From a virus (lineage: Duplodnaviria; Caudoviricetes), in the IMG/VR virus record IMGVR_UViG_3300028567_000401, positions 1 to 64,000 of that record: a stretch of DNA of 64,000 nucleotides; one strand, 5' to 3'. Position 1 is the stretch's first letter, and every line of letters begins with the position of its first letter. The position numbers were made by a program, and so were the translations under genes. Shown here piece after piece: positions 10,201 to 19,489 of this stretch. The notes under the pieces were generated by a model, which ran no database searches, was not told where the DNA came from, and saw only the letters and a list, made by a program, of their open reading frames with translations.

Positions 10201-13200
10201 ATATTCATACGGTCCCATTGATGGTGGATCATTCCATGGTACACCAAGAGCATCTGTTGGTAATCCCGTTCGTATTCCCGCACCAATTAAATTACTTGTT
10301 GGACGCAACTTTAAGAAATTTAATACAGGAAGATTACCATTACTATCTCTTGCCCCATCAATTCCAGCTGAATTAACGCTAATAAATTCTAGATTTCCAA
10401 CTATTACTGGTGAATCCCAAGTATTATGATCAACATTTGTTGTATTACCAAGTTCAGCATTAGTTGAAGAATTATCAAATGCTATATTATTTTTTATATA
10501 ATATCTCATATTTGGATCCATATTAAAATGAAATCCACCCTCCCATGTTGGATCATTTCCACCATTTTTATATGAGCAATTATTATATAGAACCGCATTA
10601 CAACGTATTCCATCATCTATAAATCCCCATCTTCTATTTTCAAATGCTATATTATTATAAAAATATCTACGAACATCCGTAGTTGATTGCATCGTTCTTC
10701 CTAGTTTAAATCCATTACCATCTCCTGCGGGTTCAAAATTATCTGGCTTATATCCATTCCAAAATGACCAACAATTTTCAACAGTAACAGACCCCTCTTC
10801 TTCCCAAAGATCTATTCCATCATCACTATTCTTCCAAAATCTACAACCTCTTACAGTATTATGTCTGGTAGTAGAATCTCCATTAATACTAAATCCATCA
10901 GCATTTCCATATGGATCGTTTGATGTTAATGGATCTGCATTGTGATGAAAATCAGAATTCAAAACAAGGCAATCATCACAATTAGTTATTTTCATACCAC
11001 CCCCATTATGGTGAATATTTAATAACTCAAAAGTACAATGATTACAATAATATGCTCTAAACGCTTCCCATACCTCTGATGATAACTGTGTATAATATGA
11101 TATTTCTAAACCTTTAACATCAATATAATTACCACTCAAAAAAACCGCAGTAAACGGCCAACTATTTGGATTTATATGATTAGGTCCTCTTGTTATAACA
11201 GGTATTTCTCCAGGATATGCGTAAATTCTTATTCTATTACCGTCTGAACCACTTTTTCCATCTAACCATTGTCTTTCTCTATATTGATATGTCCCACCTC
11301 TCATGTATATTAAATTACCTGCCCTGACACTTTGCCATGCACGATTTAATGTAAACCATGGTCTCTCTATAGAGCCATCTCCATTATTATCATCACCATC
11401 TGGTGATAAGTAAATGTCTGCATCCTCAATAACAATTGGCGTTGGAGTAACAACAGGCGTAGTAATATCTGGTGGAAAAGTGATATCTGGCGGAAAAGTT
11501 ACATCAGGTGGTTCAATAGGTGGTGGCGGTAATGCCCCTTTCATATATGATAATGTATGAGTATCGCACGCGTCTAATTCTTTAGCTTTATAGAAATTAA
11601 CAATTTCATCTTTTTTATTAATATATGTTTTTTCATTTCTTAAATAAAAATTAATATTTTTATGTATATAATGCGTGTTATTTAAATATGGATAATCTGT
11701 TCCATAACCATCAGGATCAATATATCCATGATCATATAAATCTCTCCATCTCCATATTTTTTCTTTTGAAAAATATTCAGCATTTTCAGGTAAATTTTCA
11801 ACTGGAGTATTAATATCTGTTGTTTCTATATATGGTGACAATTCTCGTATTTTAAATCTATAATGTGGTTGATAAAAAATACCAAATGGATTTGTTGGCG
11901 ATGATCCTTCATAAAATTCACTTGAAGTTTGTGCATGGTTAAATACTTCAATATTAGCAACAATTTTATGAAAAGCTTCAGAAATTATTCTTTCTTTAAG
12001 TTCTTTATGATTATATTCAACAAATGCACCATATAATTCTGTACCTTCTGGTATTATATTTCCACTATTGAAAGAAATTCCATCTCTATTAAATGTTGTA
12101 TATGTTAATCCCGTTTCGAATACATTATTACTATCATCAAAATGTTCATCAATCCAAGTATTATGCATATGGAAAGAATATCCAACTTTCGGTGGATAAT
12201 TAAAATATCCATTACCATTCCTAAAAATAATAGAAATATATAATTCTGTTGGTGTATATCCTAAGTTATTAGTTATTCCGCTTAATATAAATGGTTCTTT
12301 AAAATCAAATAAAACCGATTCCATTCTATTTCTTACAACAAGAACATCATTTTCTCCAGCTGCGTTTTCATATAATATTTTTTGTTCATCTTCCCATATT
12401 GGAGACTCAAATCCAACTTTATCAAGAATATAATCATTAACTGATGTTACTATTTTGTGTTTATGTACATAATATTCTGAAGTTGTGTTTTCAATATCTT
12501 TTATATCCGTACATCTTTTACCTGTAACTAATGTATCTATAGTATTATTTACTTGTGACTTTAAAATATTAACAACATATTCTTCAGATCTATAAATCTC
12601 ATTACCTACAGAATTAATATAATAATAATTATTATTTATACAAATATATTCACCTTGATTCATTCCATGTTTTACTGGACTTGTAAGAATATACTTATAT
12701 TCATCTTCTGTTACTCTAAAAGGAATCCCATCACGACTTAAAAAAGATAAAACAGGTACAGTATCTCCACTTAATGTATATTTCATCGGAAAATTAAGAT
12801 CACGACCAGAAATATATGAAAGATAAATATTCCAATTAAATTGTGGAGCGATAAGCGCAGTAATTGTTTGATGTTCTGTCGAACCACTAATAACAAAATT
12901 AAAATTTGTAAATCCACTTAACTCATTAACCGATTGTTCTTCAGTTGTCTCATAAAATATATCATCTCTTATAAAAGCAAACTCATTATAAGGTAAAAAT
13001 CCACAAAAATTGTAATCTGAACCATCACTAACCAATGCTAATCTATTTCTCAAATATCTATATGGCGATGCTCCGGCATATATATTTCTGAAAACCATTT
13101 TTAATTTTCCATATAATTTATATCTTAATGATTCAGATCTTTCGGTAGCAAACTGTTCTGTTAAATCTATAACAATATTACGATCATCGATTCTTAGTAA

Positions 13201-13296
13201 AGATTTATCTTCATCAAATCCAATACGTATTTGACTATCAAGTTCAGGCGCTCCTTCATATCTCAGCTTTGGTAATATAATTTGTTTCTTTTTCAC
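4228..13296 (-). CDS. 3022-aa multidomain virion protein and putative polysaccharide depolymerase: structural N-terminus, four right-handed beta-helix domains (two PL9 pectate-lyase-like), an inserted SGNH-fold domain and a C-terminal domain of unknown function
   Basis: GTG start. Four YY(V/L)xxxGxD beta-helix openers, each ending in a (I/M)GxYE motif, separated by P/T/S linkers. PL9-type motifs NSDDGID...GNGFKLG and NSDDGFD...GSGIKLG. IGDSLT SGNH block I. Confidence 0.8.
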   Translation of the reverse strand: MKKKQIILPKLRYEGAPELDSQIRIGFDEDKSLLRIDDRNIVIDLTEQFATERSESLRYKLYGKLKMVFRNIYAGASPYRYLRNRLALVSDGSDYNFCGFLPYNEFAFIRDDIFYETTEEQSVNELSGFTNFNFVISGSTEHQTITALIAPQFNWNIYLSYISGRDLNFPMKYTLSGDTVPVLSFLSRDGIPFRVTEDEYKYILTSPVKHGMNQGEYICINNNYYYINSVGNEIYRSEEYVVNILKSQVNNTIDTLVTGKRCTDIKDIENTTSEYYVHKHKIVTSVNDYILDKVGFESPIWEDEQKILYENAAGENDVLVVRNRMESVLFDFKEPFILSGITNNLGYTPTELYISIIFRNGNGYFNYPPKVGYSFHMHNTWIDEHFDDSNNVFETGLTYTTFNRDGISFNSGNIIPEGTELYGAFVEYNHKELKERIISEAFHKIVANIEVFNHAQTSSEFYEGSSPTNPFGIFYQPHYRFKIRELSPYIETTDINTPVENLPENAEYFSKEKIWRWRDLYDHGYIDPDGYGTDYPYLNNTHYIHKNINFYLRNEKTYINKKDEIVNFYKAKELDACDTHTLSYMKGALPPPPIEPPDVTFPPDITFPPDITTPVVTPTPIVIEDADIYLSPDGDDNNGDGSIERPWFTLNRAWQSVRAGNLIYMRGGTYQYRERQWLDGKSGSDGNRIRIYAYPGEIPVITRGPNHINPNSWPFTAVFLSGNYIDVKGLEISYYTQLSSEVWEAFRAYYCNHCTFELLNIHHNGGGMKITNCDDCLVLNSDFHHNADPLTSNDPYGNADGFSINGDSTTRHNTVRGCRFWKNSDDGIDLWEEEGSVTVENCWSFWNGYKPDNFEPAGDGNGFKLGRTMQSTTDVRRYFYNNIAFENRRWGFIDDGIRCNAVLYNNCSYKNGGNDPTWEGGFHFNMDPNMRYYIKNNIAFDNSSTNAELGNTTNVDHNTWDSPVIVGNLEFISVNSAGIDGARDSNGNLPVLNFLKLRPTSNLIGAGIRTGLPTDALGVPWNDPPSMGPYEYVEILSPSPSPTPSRTPSPRASTAEYYYVDPNGNDVTGTGTINNPWRTLHYATTQVTQGGTTIYLNPGNYIETGQMLLTHSVSIMGAGKNLVTLKLTYDSDYPCIKLESSDPCRSVYGNQSISGIRFDGDRTGLIAIGVSFRCNVHIYDCEFINFNQGAAYFSGQLSDSFTLDNPYVVSQESVHSLMPDNNGWCTGNKFYNNLVLNCSASYPGGSYGSVYWGTQDGFEIYNNNIDCKERHGVGLKYWDLGYNKNSKIHHNDIETDTYPFDCAIESWFSLGGDEIYNNRIKGDIDINNAVDYYSVGYSIRIYNNNIGRNTTPMTLERGILLEGTCEYLQIYKNNIHHVAKAIYFLRNNTGGIDRLYNININTNLMSNLGQSGTDLQTWGIECSDIMSNEGTLENVKIQNNIIHSLGTTIPNTNLRSAYGIVIPKVNRMIHFYIDNNIILNFYRGAILGEDSRQLADVIFIRNNIMFGNGNNNDPVFNINFVNSLSNYTYARTIKSNPLFASMGTDYHLLAGSPAIYQGVYVGLLNDYDGRAWRNPPSIGIYEYTTVASPTPTPSRSLSRTPTISLSISTYPRPPEETVVPNAYYVATNGNDSNPGTFSQPWATWQHALDVATAGDTVYIMGGVYYPANRLISGAYNGAVRLNRSGTASNYIKIWAYPGQTPILDGRDVVGNARHYGLNFEDCSYYHLKGLTIRNFTEYGKVRNCPIAVGVRLFRSSHFIIERMVVHDCGDGFSSSGLSDYNHYIDCDAYNCYDYTDAGGYANGFTLTSYQAGAPCHLTLTRCRAWGNSDDGFDFFASDGSYRGGYITLDTCWAFKNGWGPGGNGNGSGIKLGKVFGRESGIQRTVINCLCFENRLIGFDESMDDGAFVDVNMYNNTSYGNGSQGFLFNFTYRSGTVTFRNNVSYNNARPDAFRSSGIVHDHNSWDIPLSLSNSDFKSLSSVGMDAPRVNGALPVLDFLKPSSSSKLLRAGVNVGLTYDGAGNRWNTPPAIGAYEFVTVAPEPPSRTPTPSRTPSSSRREQSPENAYYVSADGDDISGNGTINSPWRTLSKINSMNIPAGSTVYFRRGDTFRGHLYIKNSGNAGPTTGIYCIGDSLTSGGFPSQLQTELTSIYRVYDKGVNDNTTSQMVSRFSADVINNSDHHYVIIFGGISDISAGTSVSTIQNNLQTMYNNARNSGAKVIAVTLTPFGSASWWTLARQTNLENVNNWIKNNAINVDYVVDGYTIMKNPTSPYSMRAEDTTDGLRFTDSGRQRLTNGILAAVDFWPFNPKPITFDAYGTGNKPRIWGSKDYSSTSQWTVYSGNIWRTTTQVTTYSDVANLIFNNEASCGIKRTTLSGCVGQGQWYISPIDRFVYLYSTSNPGSYYSHIEIGGAYICADGYSTEEVIRVSNSDFIILRNLDVRYSGNNGIIFINGCSHGIVEYCDISWIGGMWVPSDPSYRMGNGVQMWQRVNDLKIRYNNIHDCYDAGISPQGGVNFTQSNVKMSYNRIWNCYYEYETWAEDSSVTMKNVNFYNNTCVNATSWSVNQRPDSSNARHVMIWVDRGNIINCEIKNNIFKTCSNPAIRYGNPSHMTPKFTFDNNLYNVAILAYTDDGTYTTFAQWRAKYPTQDINSISADPLFVSGNDFHLQSGSPAINAGAYLGFSNDIEGRSIFGAPDIGAYETLAPGVSPPSTPSNSRTPSASQPAPSKSRTPIMSLSRTPSISLSRTPTQSPPTIVGGSIIANHTISRYIVLNTLSDVSISNAKSKLLIAYEHTSHGEQIIQGMTGLMNSVMGGSPKFDFINSDIHSANRLSIHDHGIYGGGGADLGGGGDYTAFYNQTRAYLNSHPNCNVVMWSWCGQLSYLSSSVVMSNYLSLMASLENEYASRPVKFVYMTGHLDGTGSSGNLHQRNEQIRAHCATNNRILFDFADIERYDPNGVDYLNLGADDGCNYDGGNWAINWQNSHTVNVDWYNCASSHSQPLNANMKAYAAWWMFTKIAERL

Positions 13297-13317
13297 TTAT
13301 AAAATATCTTTTATATA

Positions 13318-16300
13318 TTATTCAAATATTCTTGCTCCTATTTGCCAAGTGCCACTTTGATTTCTTAAGGCAGGCCTGCTTCCAACAACCCAAGTTGCCG
13401 TGGTTTGTAATCCTTCTCTAAATTCTGCTCCTAAATTAACGCCTCTTTGAATTATTGCTTTTGAACCCGGAACAAATCCTGTCATATTATTCATATGATT
13501 AAATGTTGGATTCATAACTACAGAATTTTGATCATATCCAAGTTCATTCCTCCATCGATCCCATGTATATGTTGTAGAACCCACCCTAAATATTGGTGTG
13601 TGATCACCATCTTCGCACCAATATATGTTATAATCACATTCAAAATCTGTTAAATTGTCAGCTTGATCAAAACCTATCATAGGAACTTCTCTATATCTAT
13701 TATAAAATATATTATTTTTCACTTTTGTGCGGCGAGCTACTGATATTATTCCTTGGCTTTCGCGATCTCTATTATCGTAAATATAAAGAACCGGTCTCCA
13801 TGTTCGGCCAGCCCCAGTTCCAGCAAGTCTATCCTGATAAAATGTATTATTATACCAACGAGTACCGCTTACACCTTTTACATTACCACCGACAGTAAAA
13901 CTATTCAATATATTATAACTAATTACACCTTCTGTATCGAGCATATTAGTAAAAGATTTTCTAATAATGCCCATTGGAACATGATGTAAATAGTTATATT
14001 TAATAATTGCATTATTTTCATGTCCTACAAAAACTCCATGTGTTATTACTGATGAGTCACCCGCTCCTTGCCATATAAACTGATTACCTAATATTACCAA
14101 ACGATCCAAACTATAATTGCTTTGTAAATTTTCCTCATAACCGGCTTTAAGCATATAGTTAATGGTATTTTGTGATGTTATATTATTATATAAGAATGAA
14201 ATTCTTGGATGATCAGAATTAAAATAAATAGTAATATCTACACCACCCCATGAACTTGAACTGTTAGTATATGTTTGTGATTGTAATATATACCCATCAT
14301 CGACAGTAACACATGTAGACCAGTCAGTTATTTGTCCTGGTTGATACATTCCTATATATACTGTATGAGAAACTATTGGTGATGAATTATCAAATTGAAT
14401 TCCCCATTGAAGTCCGGCTGGCGTAAAATGTTGTTGCCAACTTTGATCTTTATATACGATATATTGACCCAAGCCATTTTGTTCAGGAAATGGAATCACT
14501 TCATCTGTTTCTATATATCCAACTTCACGACGTTCAGCCATATTAACATGTTTACCACATGTACTAGTTGCGGGATTAGCTAAATCACTATCATTTCTAA
14601 CAAGATAAACTCTAGTCCATACTGGTAATGGTAATGGTGGCTCTATTGGAAGGCCATCACAATCTCGACAACCGCCATATATAGAATATATAACACTACC
14701 AACATTTGTACATCCAGCGTTAATTAATTCACTTTCATTTAAAGTTTCATCTAAAACTTCATATGCAACATTAATATCACATTCTTCACCGGCCCAAACA
14801 CCATCTCCTCGATATAAATGCCTACCTGTTGCACTTTTACCATAATAATTTCGAGATGTCTGCGAAAAACCTTCAATACATTTACGTAATCGATAAAAAT
14901 AAAGATTCTCTGGCGTTGGTGTAACCGGTCCTGGTGCTGTTACTGTTGGCGTAACTAGAATTGTTGGCGTAACCGTTGGAAATACTGTTACTGATGGTAT
15001 TCTTATATCTGAAACCGCGCATTCTTCATCTTCACCAAGATTAAATATATCTTTCGGTCCATAATATTTTATTAATAAATCCAATGACGTTCTTCCCGGC
15101 TTTAATCCAAAATAAAATAAAAATGGTGTAGATAAAACTTGTTTAGCATTTCCTAATTCGCCCCAATAATTATTCAATGTCTGTGGAACAAATGCTTCTC
15201 TAACATTATAATCAAGAGCCAATCGTTCATCTTCTGGCATTGTAGAACTTACATATAAATCTGGTTGTCGTACCCAGACCTTATTAACAACAACAAATAT
15301 ATATCCCATCCACGGATCTTTAAAATATACTCTCTCATCGTCAGTTCCACGTGAATCCGGAATTACCTGTAACCATAAATCACCTTCAACAAATCTTGTG
15401 GCATTTGGATAATCATCTGGTGCATATGGTTCAATTGTAATAACATCAAATCTTTCAAGTGAATCTTCTGTATCTCCGTTAAAACTAAAAGTACGATGAC
15501 TCATTGTCATTGGCTTTAAAATATATTCTTCTTCACCATCCGCCATCAAATAATTTGTTCTACCCATTCTATTATAGACAGGATCAAATATTTTTGTCTC
15601 AGTTACTCCACTAACAGAAAATATTCTTTGTAGCGGCATTGATACAATTTTGGTTTTATCCCATCCTTGATCATCTGAACGCGATCCAAATCTACCAAAT
15701 CCAAATCCTTCTTTCTCCCATAAATAAAAAGGAACTTCTTGCGTATAATCACCTAATCTATAATTTAAGCATAATCTCATATATGCTCCATTATTATCTA
15801 GTTTTAAATCAATCGGCGTTGGACCATATAAATTCGCAAATTTAAAATAATCATCAAAATATTCATCTTCAGGATCCATTAATTCACCATTATACATATA
15901 ATAATGAGGACCATCTATGTCAAATGCTTCAATACCAACTTCACAATTAATTGATATTAATTGAGTTATATCCCCATCAAATACTTTTGTGTTTGTTCCA
16001 AGAAGAGATTTGCTAAAGAAATCATCAACTTGAAATTTGGAGTTTGTTGTGTCAAGTCGATAATTTATTGCATATTCTACAATATTGGCAGGATCTTGAT
16101 AAGATGTATTAGTAATATCTCTTACAACTGAACATGATGGGTCTGTTCTTAAATCAGTACATATATCACCTAAGAATTCATCTCTTATACCTAAATCATA
16201 AAATGTTGTTGGATGAAGAATTTCAATATTACCATTATAAGATTGACCTGTATATTGATAGTTCAAATAATGAACAGGTGTACATCTATAATAAAAATTC

Positions 16301-19300
16301 TTATCTAAAATATTAAAAAATATAAGTTCTTTTGGAAATTTAGATCCTCTTTGATTTAAATCATAATTATCTTCTGTATCCCATCTAATTCTTTTATCAA
16401 ATTTAAAGAAATATAATATACCGTGCAACCAGTTATCAATAAATGAATAATTTACAATGCCACCGCAAAATGAAATTCCAATTCGTTTTCTTCTATACCA
16501 TTCTTGTAATGCTTTTAAACTATATGATTTACCATTTATAACTGGTATAATTGTAAATAACCCATCACGAAATTCAGATAATCCCGATTTTGTTTTCCTA
16601 TCATAACGTTTTAAACCAATTCCACGTCTAAATAATCCCCTGCGGTAAAAATCCACTTCACGTGGCATTCTCTTAGTTGATCCGCTACCAATAGTTGAAC
16701 ACATTAAATATGGATGTGTTGCTCTTCTTTCATTTATTTCGAGTTCAGCAAAATTTGGATCATCTATATATTCACCTATCTGCGGATCAAGTGGTGTTCT
16801 TCTATTATAATCAAATGATGGTGTTCTTGACCAAATATAAGATCTTGTTATACTCTCATTATATAATTTATCATATTTTTCACATCCTGTTTCAATTACA
16901 GGAAGTTCACTTGTTGAATCCGATTCGTCATTAATATATGTATCATATAACCTCATAACAACCATTTTATTTGGATTTGCTTCATCATATATTAATGATA
17001 ATTCTTCAGGAACTCTTAAATTTACGCCAGTTAATTCTAACCATAAATTAAAACTGATAAACATTTCATATCTTGTGCCATTGCGTTGAAAATAAAAACT
17101 ATAATCCGGCACATCTTGTATAAATTGTGTGAAAGAATCAAAACCTTGCGTAGTACCAGAAAAAAATACCTCAGCAACAAATCTTGGCGTACCATTAGGT
17201 AATATATTAGTAGGTAGATGTAAGGTATCAAGTGTATTATACGAAATTGGTGGCACATCTTCACAATTATCATCACTTTCTCTTGCTGATTCACCAGGAT
17301 ACATAAAATTTAATAATGATGATCCCGGTGCCGTTGAATATGTATAATTACCAGAAAAAAGACCGCCACCGCCAGATTCACTATCGTCAATCCAAAGACG
17401 TACATACATGGGTCCAATACCATATGGATCTATTACACCAATATGTAACGCAATTTCACAACATCTACAATAGTCATCAATATTTATTCCTGCAGTTGTA
17501 TATGATTCATCATCTGATGTACATTCATCACAATCAGGATATATTGTTAATGGAAGTTCTTTAACAAATCTCTCTTGCAATCTATATGTAAAATCTTCAA
17601 ATTTTTGTCCAATTCTTCGTAATATTTTAATACCTTGTAAATCACGTCCAATTTCAAATATTATATGGCCAATTATTTCAACACCTCTTATTAATACAAC
17701 AGTAAAAATATATTGAAGAAATAATAACACATGTGATAATATAATATTAAATTTAACTCTATTTTTAAAAGCAAAATTCGTTGGAAAATAATTAGTACTT
17801 GATGCACAATCTGATTCAATATTTGGTCTAATTTCTTTAATACCTAAAAATGAATCTCTAACTTGGGACAATTTTCTTGCAATTGCCCCACCCAACGGTC
17901 CTCCAGTAAGTATATTTCCAATAACACCTATTAATTTACTAGATGGTGATTCAACATGGGTTCCTTGAAATGACGATACAGTATAAACTTTACCATAAAC
18001 GAATCTATAAAAATAATCTTGAGGTGATACGCCATTTAATATTAAATTCTTTTTATATTCTTTTGCGTCTTCGCCATAATATAATGAACTAAATTCAACT
18101 TGATCACTAGGTGGCGTTATTCTAATATAATCTTCAAAAACATCCGAAAATTGATATGTAGTGAGCATTCCTTCACTATATTCAAGTCCGTAACGTAATG
18201 GTTGATCTGATGCACCACCATATGATCCATATATATTCGGATTAAATTCTCTAAGATTAGGTACAAGATATTTTGCGGTGGCAATTTTATTTGACTGGAA
18301 CTCTAAACTAAACCTAAATCTAGCAATTGCACTAGTTGGTATTCCTTTATTATGTTCATTAGTTACTTCTTGTTCTCCTAGTTCATTTGTAAAAATATAA
18401 TCTATATTCATAGGAAAAGCAATCATCGCCACTCCATCTTCATTAATAGTTTCATTTGGATTATAATATTCTAATTCGGGGTATTCTGTAACGCCATCAG
18501 AACCTAAAACTGATTTTCCTGTAAATCGAACACATTCAATTTTCCCTTCAGATGTTTGTAAATTACATTTATATCCACTATTTCTTCTAATTACGCCATT
18601 CTTTTTAATAGAATGACTATTATCATCTGTTATAGAAGATAATAGAATAATAGCAACCGGTTCAATTTTAATATTTCTTTCAGATAAATCAAAATCTGTT
18701 CTTGTAATTCCAATTTCACAAAGTTCTTCGTTTCCCCAAAATGGAAATACTTCTATTGTTTTATCAAATGATACTATTTGTGGCAATGAATCAATGTCAC
18801 TACTTGACTTAAATTTAAAAAATGATTCAAATTGATCAACACCATATCCTTTATTAAGAAAATCGTTTGGTCTTAACGAATAACATCCTATATCAGACAA
18901 ATCAATATCGATATGTATGGTTTGTTGACCAATTGGTACACCCCATATCATAAAATCGCCAGCATTGTTAGTTTTAACAGTATATGTATAATATTTTTCA
19001 AAAACTTCAAGAACTTCCTCTCTTGTTAAAATATCTTTCTGGTCAAAAAATGTTCCTGTTGGATTATGTCCACCATGCTGTTGTCTACTAGGTAAAAGGT
19101 TATATCTATAGTTATCTTCATTTCTATCTGTAACAGTTTTATATGGATATAATGCATGAATGACCGGATCATCTTCATCAAGATCATCTTCGGGAATAAA
19201 AATTGAAACACGAGCATTGGGAATACCATATCCTTCATTAGCAGATATACGCCCAACCACCACGCCATATTCAGAACACCTTCCAGATGAAAATATATCC

Positions 19301-19410
19301 TTTTGAGTAAATTTTAATGAAAGGATTTCCATTAAATCCCAGCTCTGTTGTATTTCAACATTAATTTTTTGATCTCGCCCAATATTTGTATAAATCCTAT
19401 GCTTCTGCAT
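13318..19410 (-). CDS. 2030-aa virion/baseplate-associated protein with a T/P linker and a C-terminal beta-helix-like extension
   Basis: Long ORF directly downstream of the baseplate wedge genes. PTVTPTILVTPTVTAPGPVTPTP linker, then Cys-rich segments and a C-terminal domain with YNNTFY and CDYNIYW beta-helix-like motifs. Confidence 0.6.
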   Translation of the reverse strand: MQKHRIYTNIGRDQKINVEIQQSWDLMEILSLKFTQKDIFSSGRCSEYGVVVGRISANEGYGIPNARVSIFIPEDDLDEDDPVIHALYPYKTVTDRNEDNYRYNLLPSRQQHGGHNPTGTFFDQKDILTREEVLEVFEKYYTYTVKTNNAGDFMIWGVPIGQQTIHIDIDLSDIGCYSLRPNDFLNKGYGVDQFESFFKFKSSSDIDSLPQIVSFDKTIEVFPFWGNEELCEIGITRTDFDLSERNIKIEPVAIILLSSITDDNSHSIKKNGVIRRNSGYKCNLQTSEGKIECVRFTGKSVLGSDGVTEYPELEYYNPNETINEDGVAMIAFPMNIDYIFTNELGEQEVTNEHNKGIPTSAIARFRFSLEFQSNKIATAKYLVPNLREFNPNIYGSYGGASDQPLRYGLEYSEGMLTTYQFSDVFEDYIRITPPSDQVEFSSLYYGEDAKEYKKNLILNGVSPQDYFYRFVYGKVYTVSSFQGTHVESPSSKLIGVIGNILTGGPLGGAIARKLSQVRDSFLGIKEIRPNIESDCASSTNYFPTNFAFKNRVKFNIILSHVLLFLQYIFTVVLIRGVEIIGHIIFEIGRDLQGIKILRRIGQKFEDFTYRLQERFVKELPLTIYPDCDECTSDDESYTTAGINIDDYCRCCEIALHIGVIDPYGIGPMYVRLWIDDSESGGGGLFSGNYTYSTAPGSSLLNFMYPGESARESDDNCEDVPPISYNTLDTLHLPTNILPNGTPRFVAEVFFSGTTQGFDSFTQFIQDVPDYSFYFQRNGTRYEMFISFNLWLELTGVNLRVPEELSLIYDEANPNKMVVMRLYDTYINDESDSTSELPVIETGCEKYDKLYNESITRSYIWSRTPSFDYNRRTPLDPQIGEYIDDPNFAELEINERRATHPYLMCSTIGSGSTKRMPREVDFYRRGLFRRGIGLKRYDRKTKSGLSEFRDGLFTIIPVINGKSYSLKALQEWYRRKRIGISFCGGIVNYSFIDNWLHGILYFFKFDKRIRWDTEDNYDLNQRGSKFPKELIFFNILDKNFYYRCTPVHYLNYQYTGQSYNGNIEILHPTTFYDLGIRDEFLGDICTDLRTDPSCSVVRDITNTSYQDPANIVEYAINYRLDTTNSKFQVDDFFSKSLLGTNTKVFDGDITQLISINCEVGIEAFDIDGPHYYMYNGELMDPEDEYFDDYFKFANLYGPTPIDLKLDNNGAYMRLCLNYRLGDYTQEVPFYLWEKEGFGFGRFGSRSDDQGWDKTKIVSMPLQRIFSVSGVTETKIFDPVYNRMGRTNYLMADGEEEYILKPMTMSHRTFSFNGDTEDSLERFDVITIEPYAPDDYPNATRFVEGDLWLQVIPDSRGTDDERVYFKDPWMGYIFVVVNKVWVRQPDLYVSSTMPEDERLALDYNVREAFVPQTLNNYWGELGNAKQVLSTPFLFYFGLKPGRTSLDLLIKYYGPKDIFNLGEDEECAVSDIRIPSVTVFPTVTPTILVTPTVTAPGPVTPTPENLYFYRLRKCIEGFSQTSRNYYGKSATGRHLYRGDGVWAGEECDINVAYEVLDETLNESELINAGCTNVGSVIYSIYGGCRDCDGLPIEPPLPLPVWTRVYLVRNDSDLANPATSTCGKHVNMAERREVGYIETDEVIPFPEQNGLGQYIVYKDQSWQQHFTPAGLQWGIQFDNSSPIVSHTVYIGMYQPGQITDWSTCVTVDDGYILQSQTYTNSSSSWGGVDITIYFNSDHPRISFLYNNITSQNTINYMLKAGYEENLQSNYSLDRLVILGNQFIWQGAGDSSVITHGVFVGHENNAIIKYNYLHHVPMGIIRKSFTNMLDTEGVISYNILNSFTVGGNVKGVSGTRWYNNTFYQDRLAGTGAGRTWRPVLYIYDNRDRESQGIISVARRTKVKNNIFYNRYREVPMIGFDQADNLTDFECDYNIYWCEDGDHTPIFRVGSTTYTWDRWRNELGYDQNSVVMNPTFNHMNNMTGFVPGSKAIIQRGVNLGAEFREGLQTTATWVVGSRPALRNQSGTWQIGARIFE

Positions 19411-19489
19411 TATCTAAGCTTAATTTATCTCTCATAACCCCATTTACGGTTTTATATCTATATACTTATTAAGATAAGTAAAAAGAATG

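Noticed and set aside
5761-18000. Numerous 60-85 aa ORFs nested in or antisense to the giant genes
   Set aside because: Expected by chance within long coding regions; no motifs and no independent expression signals.
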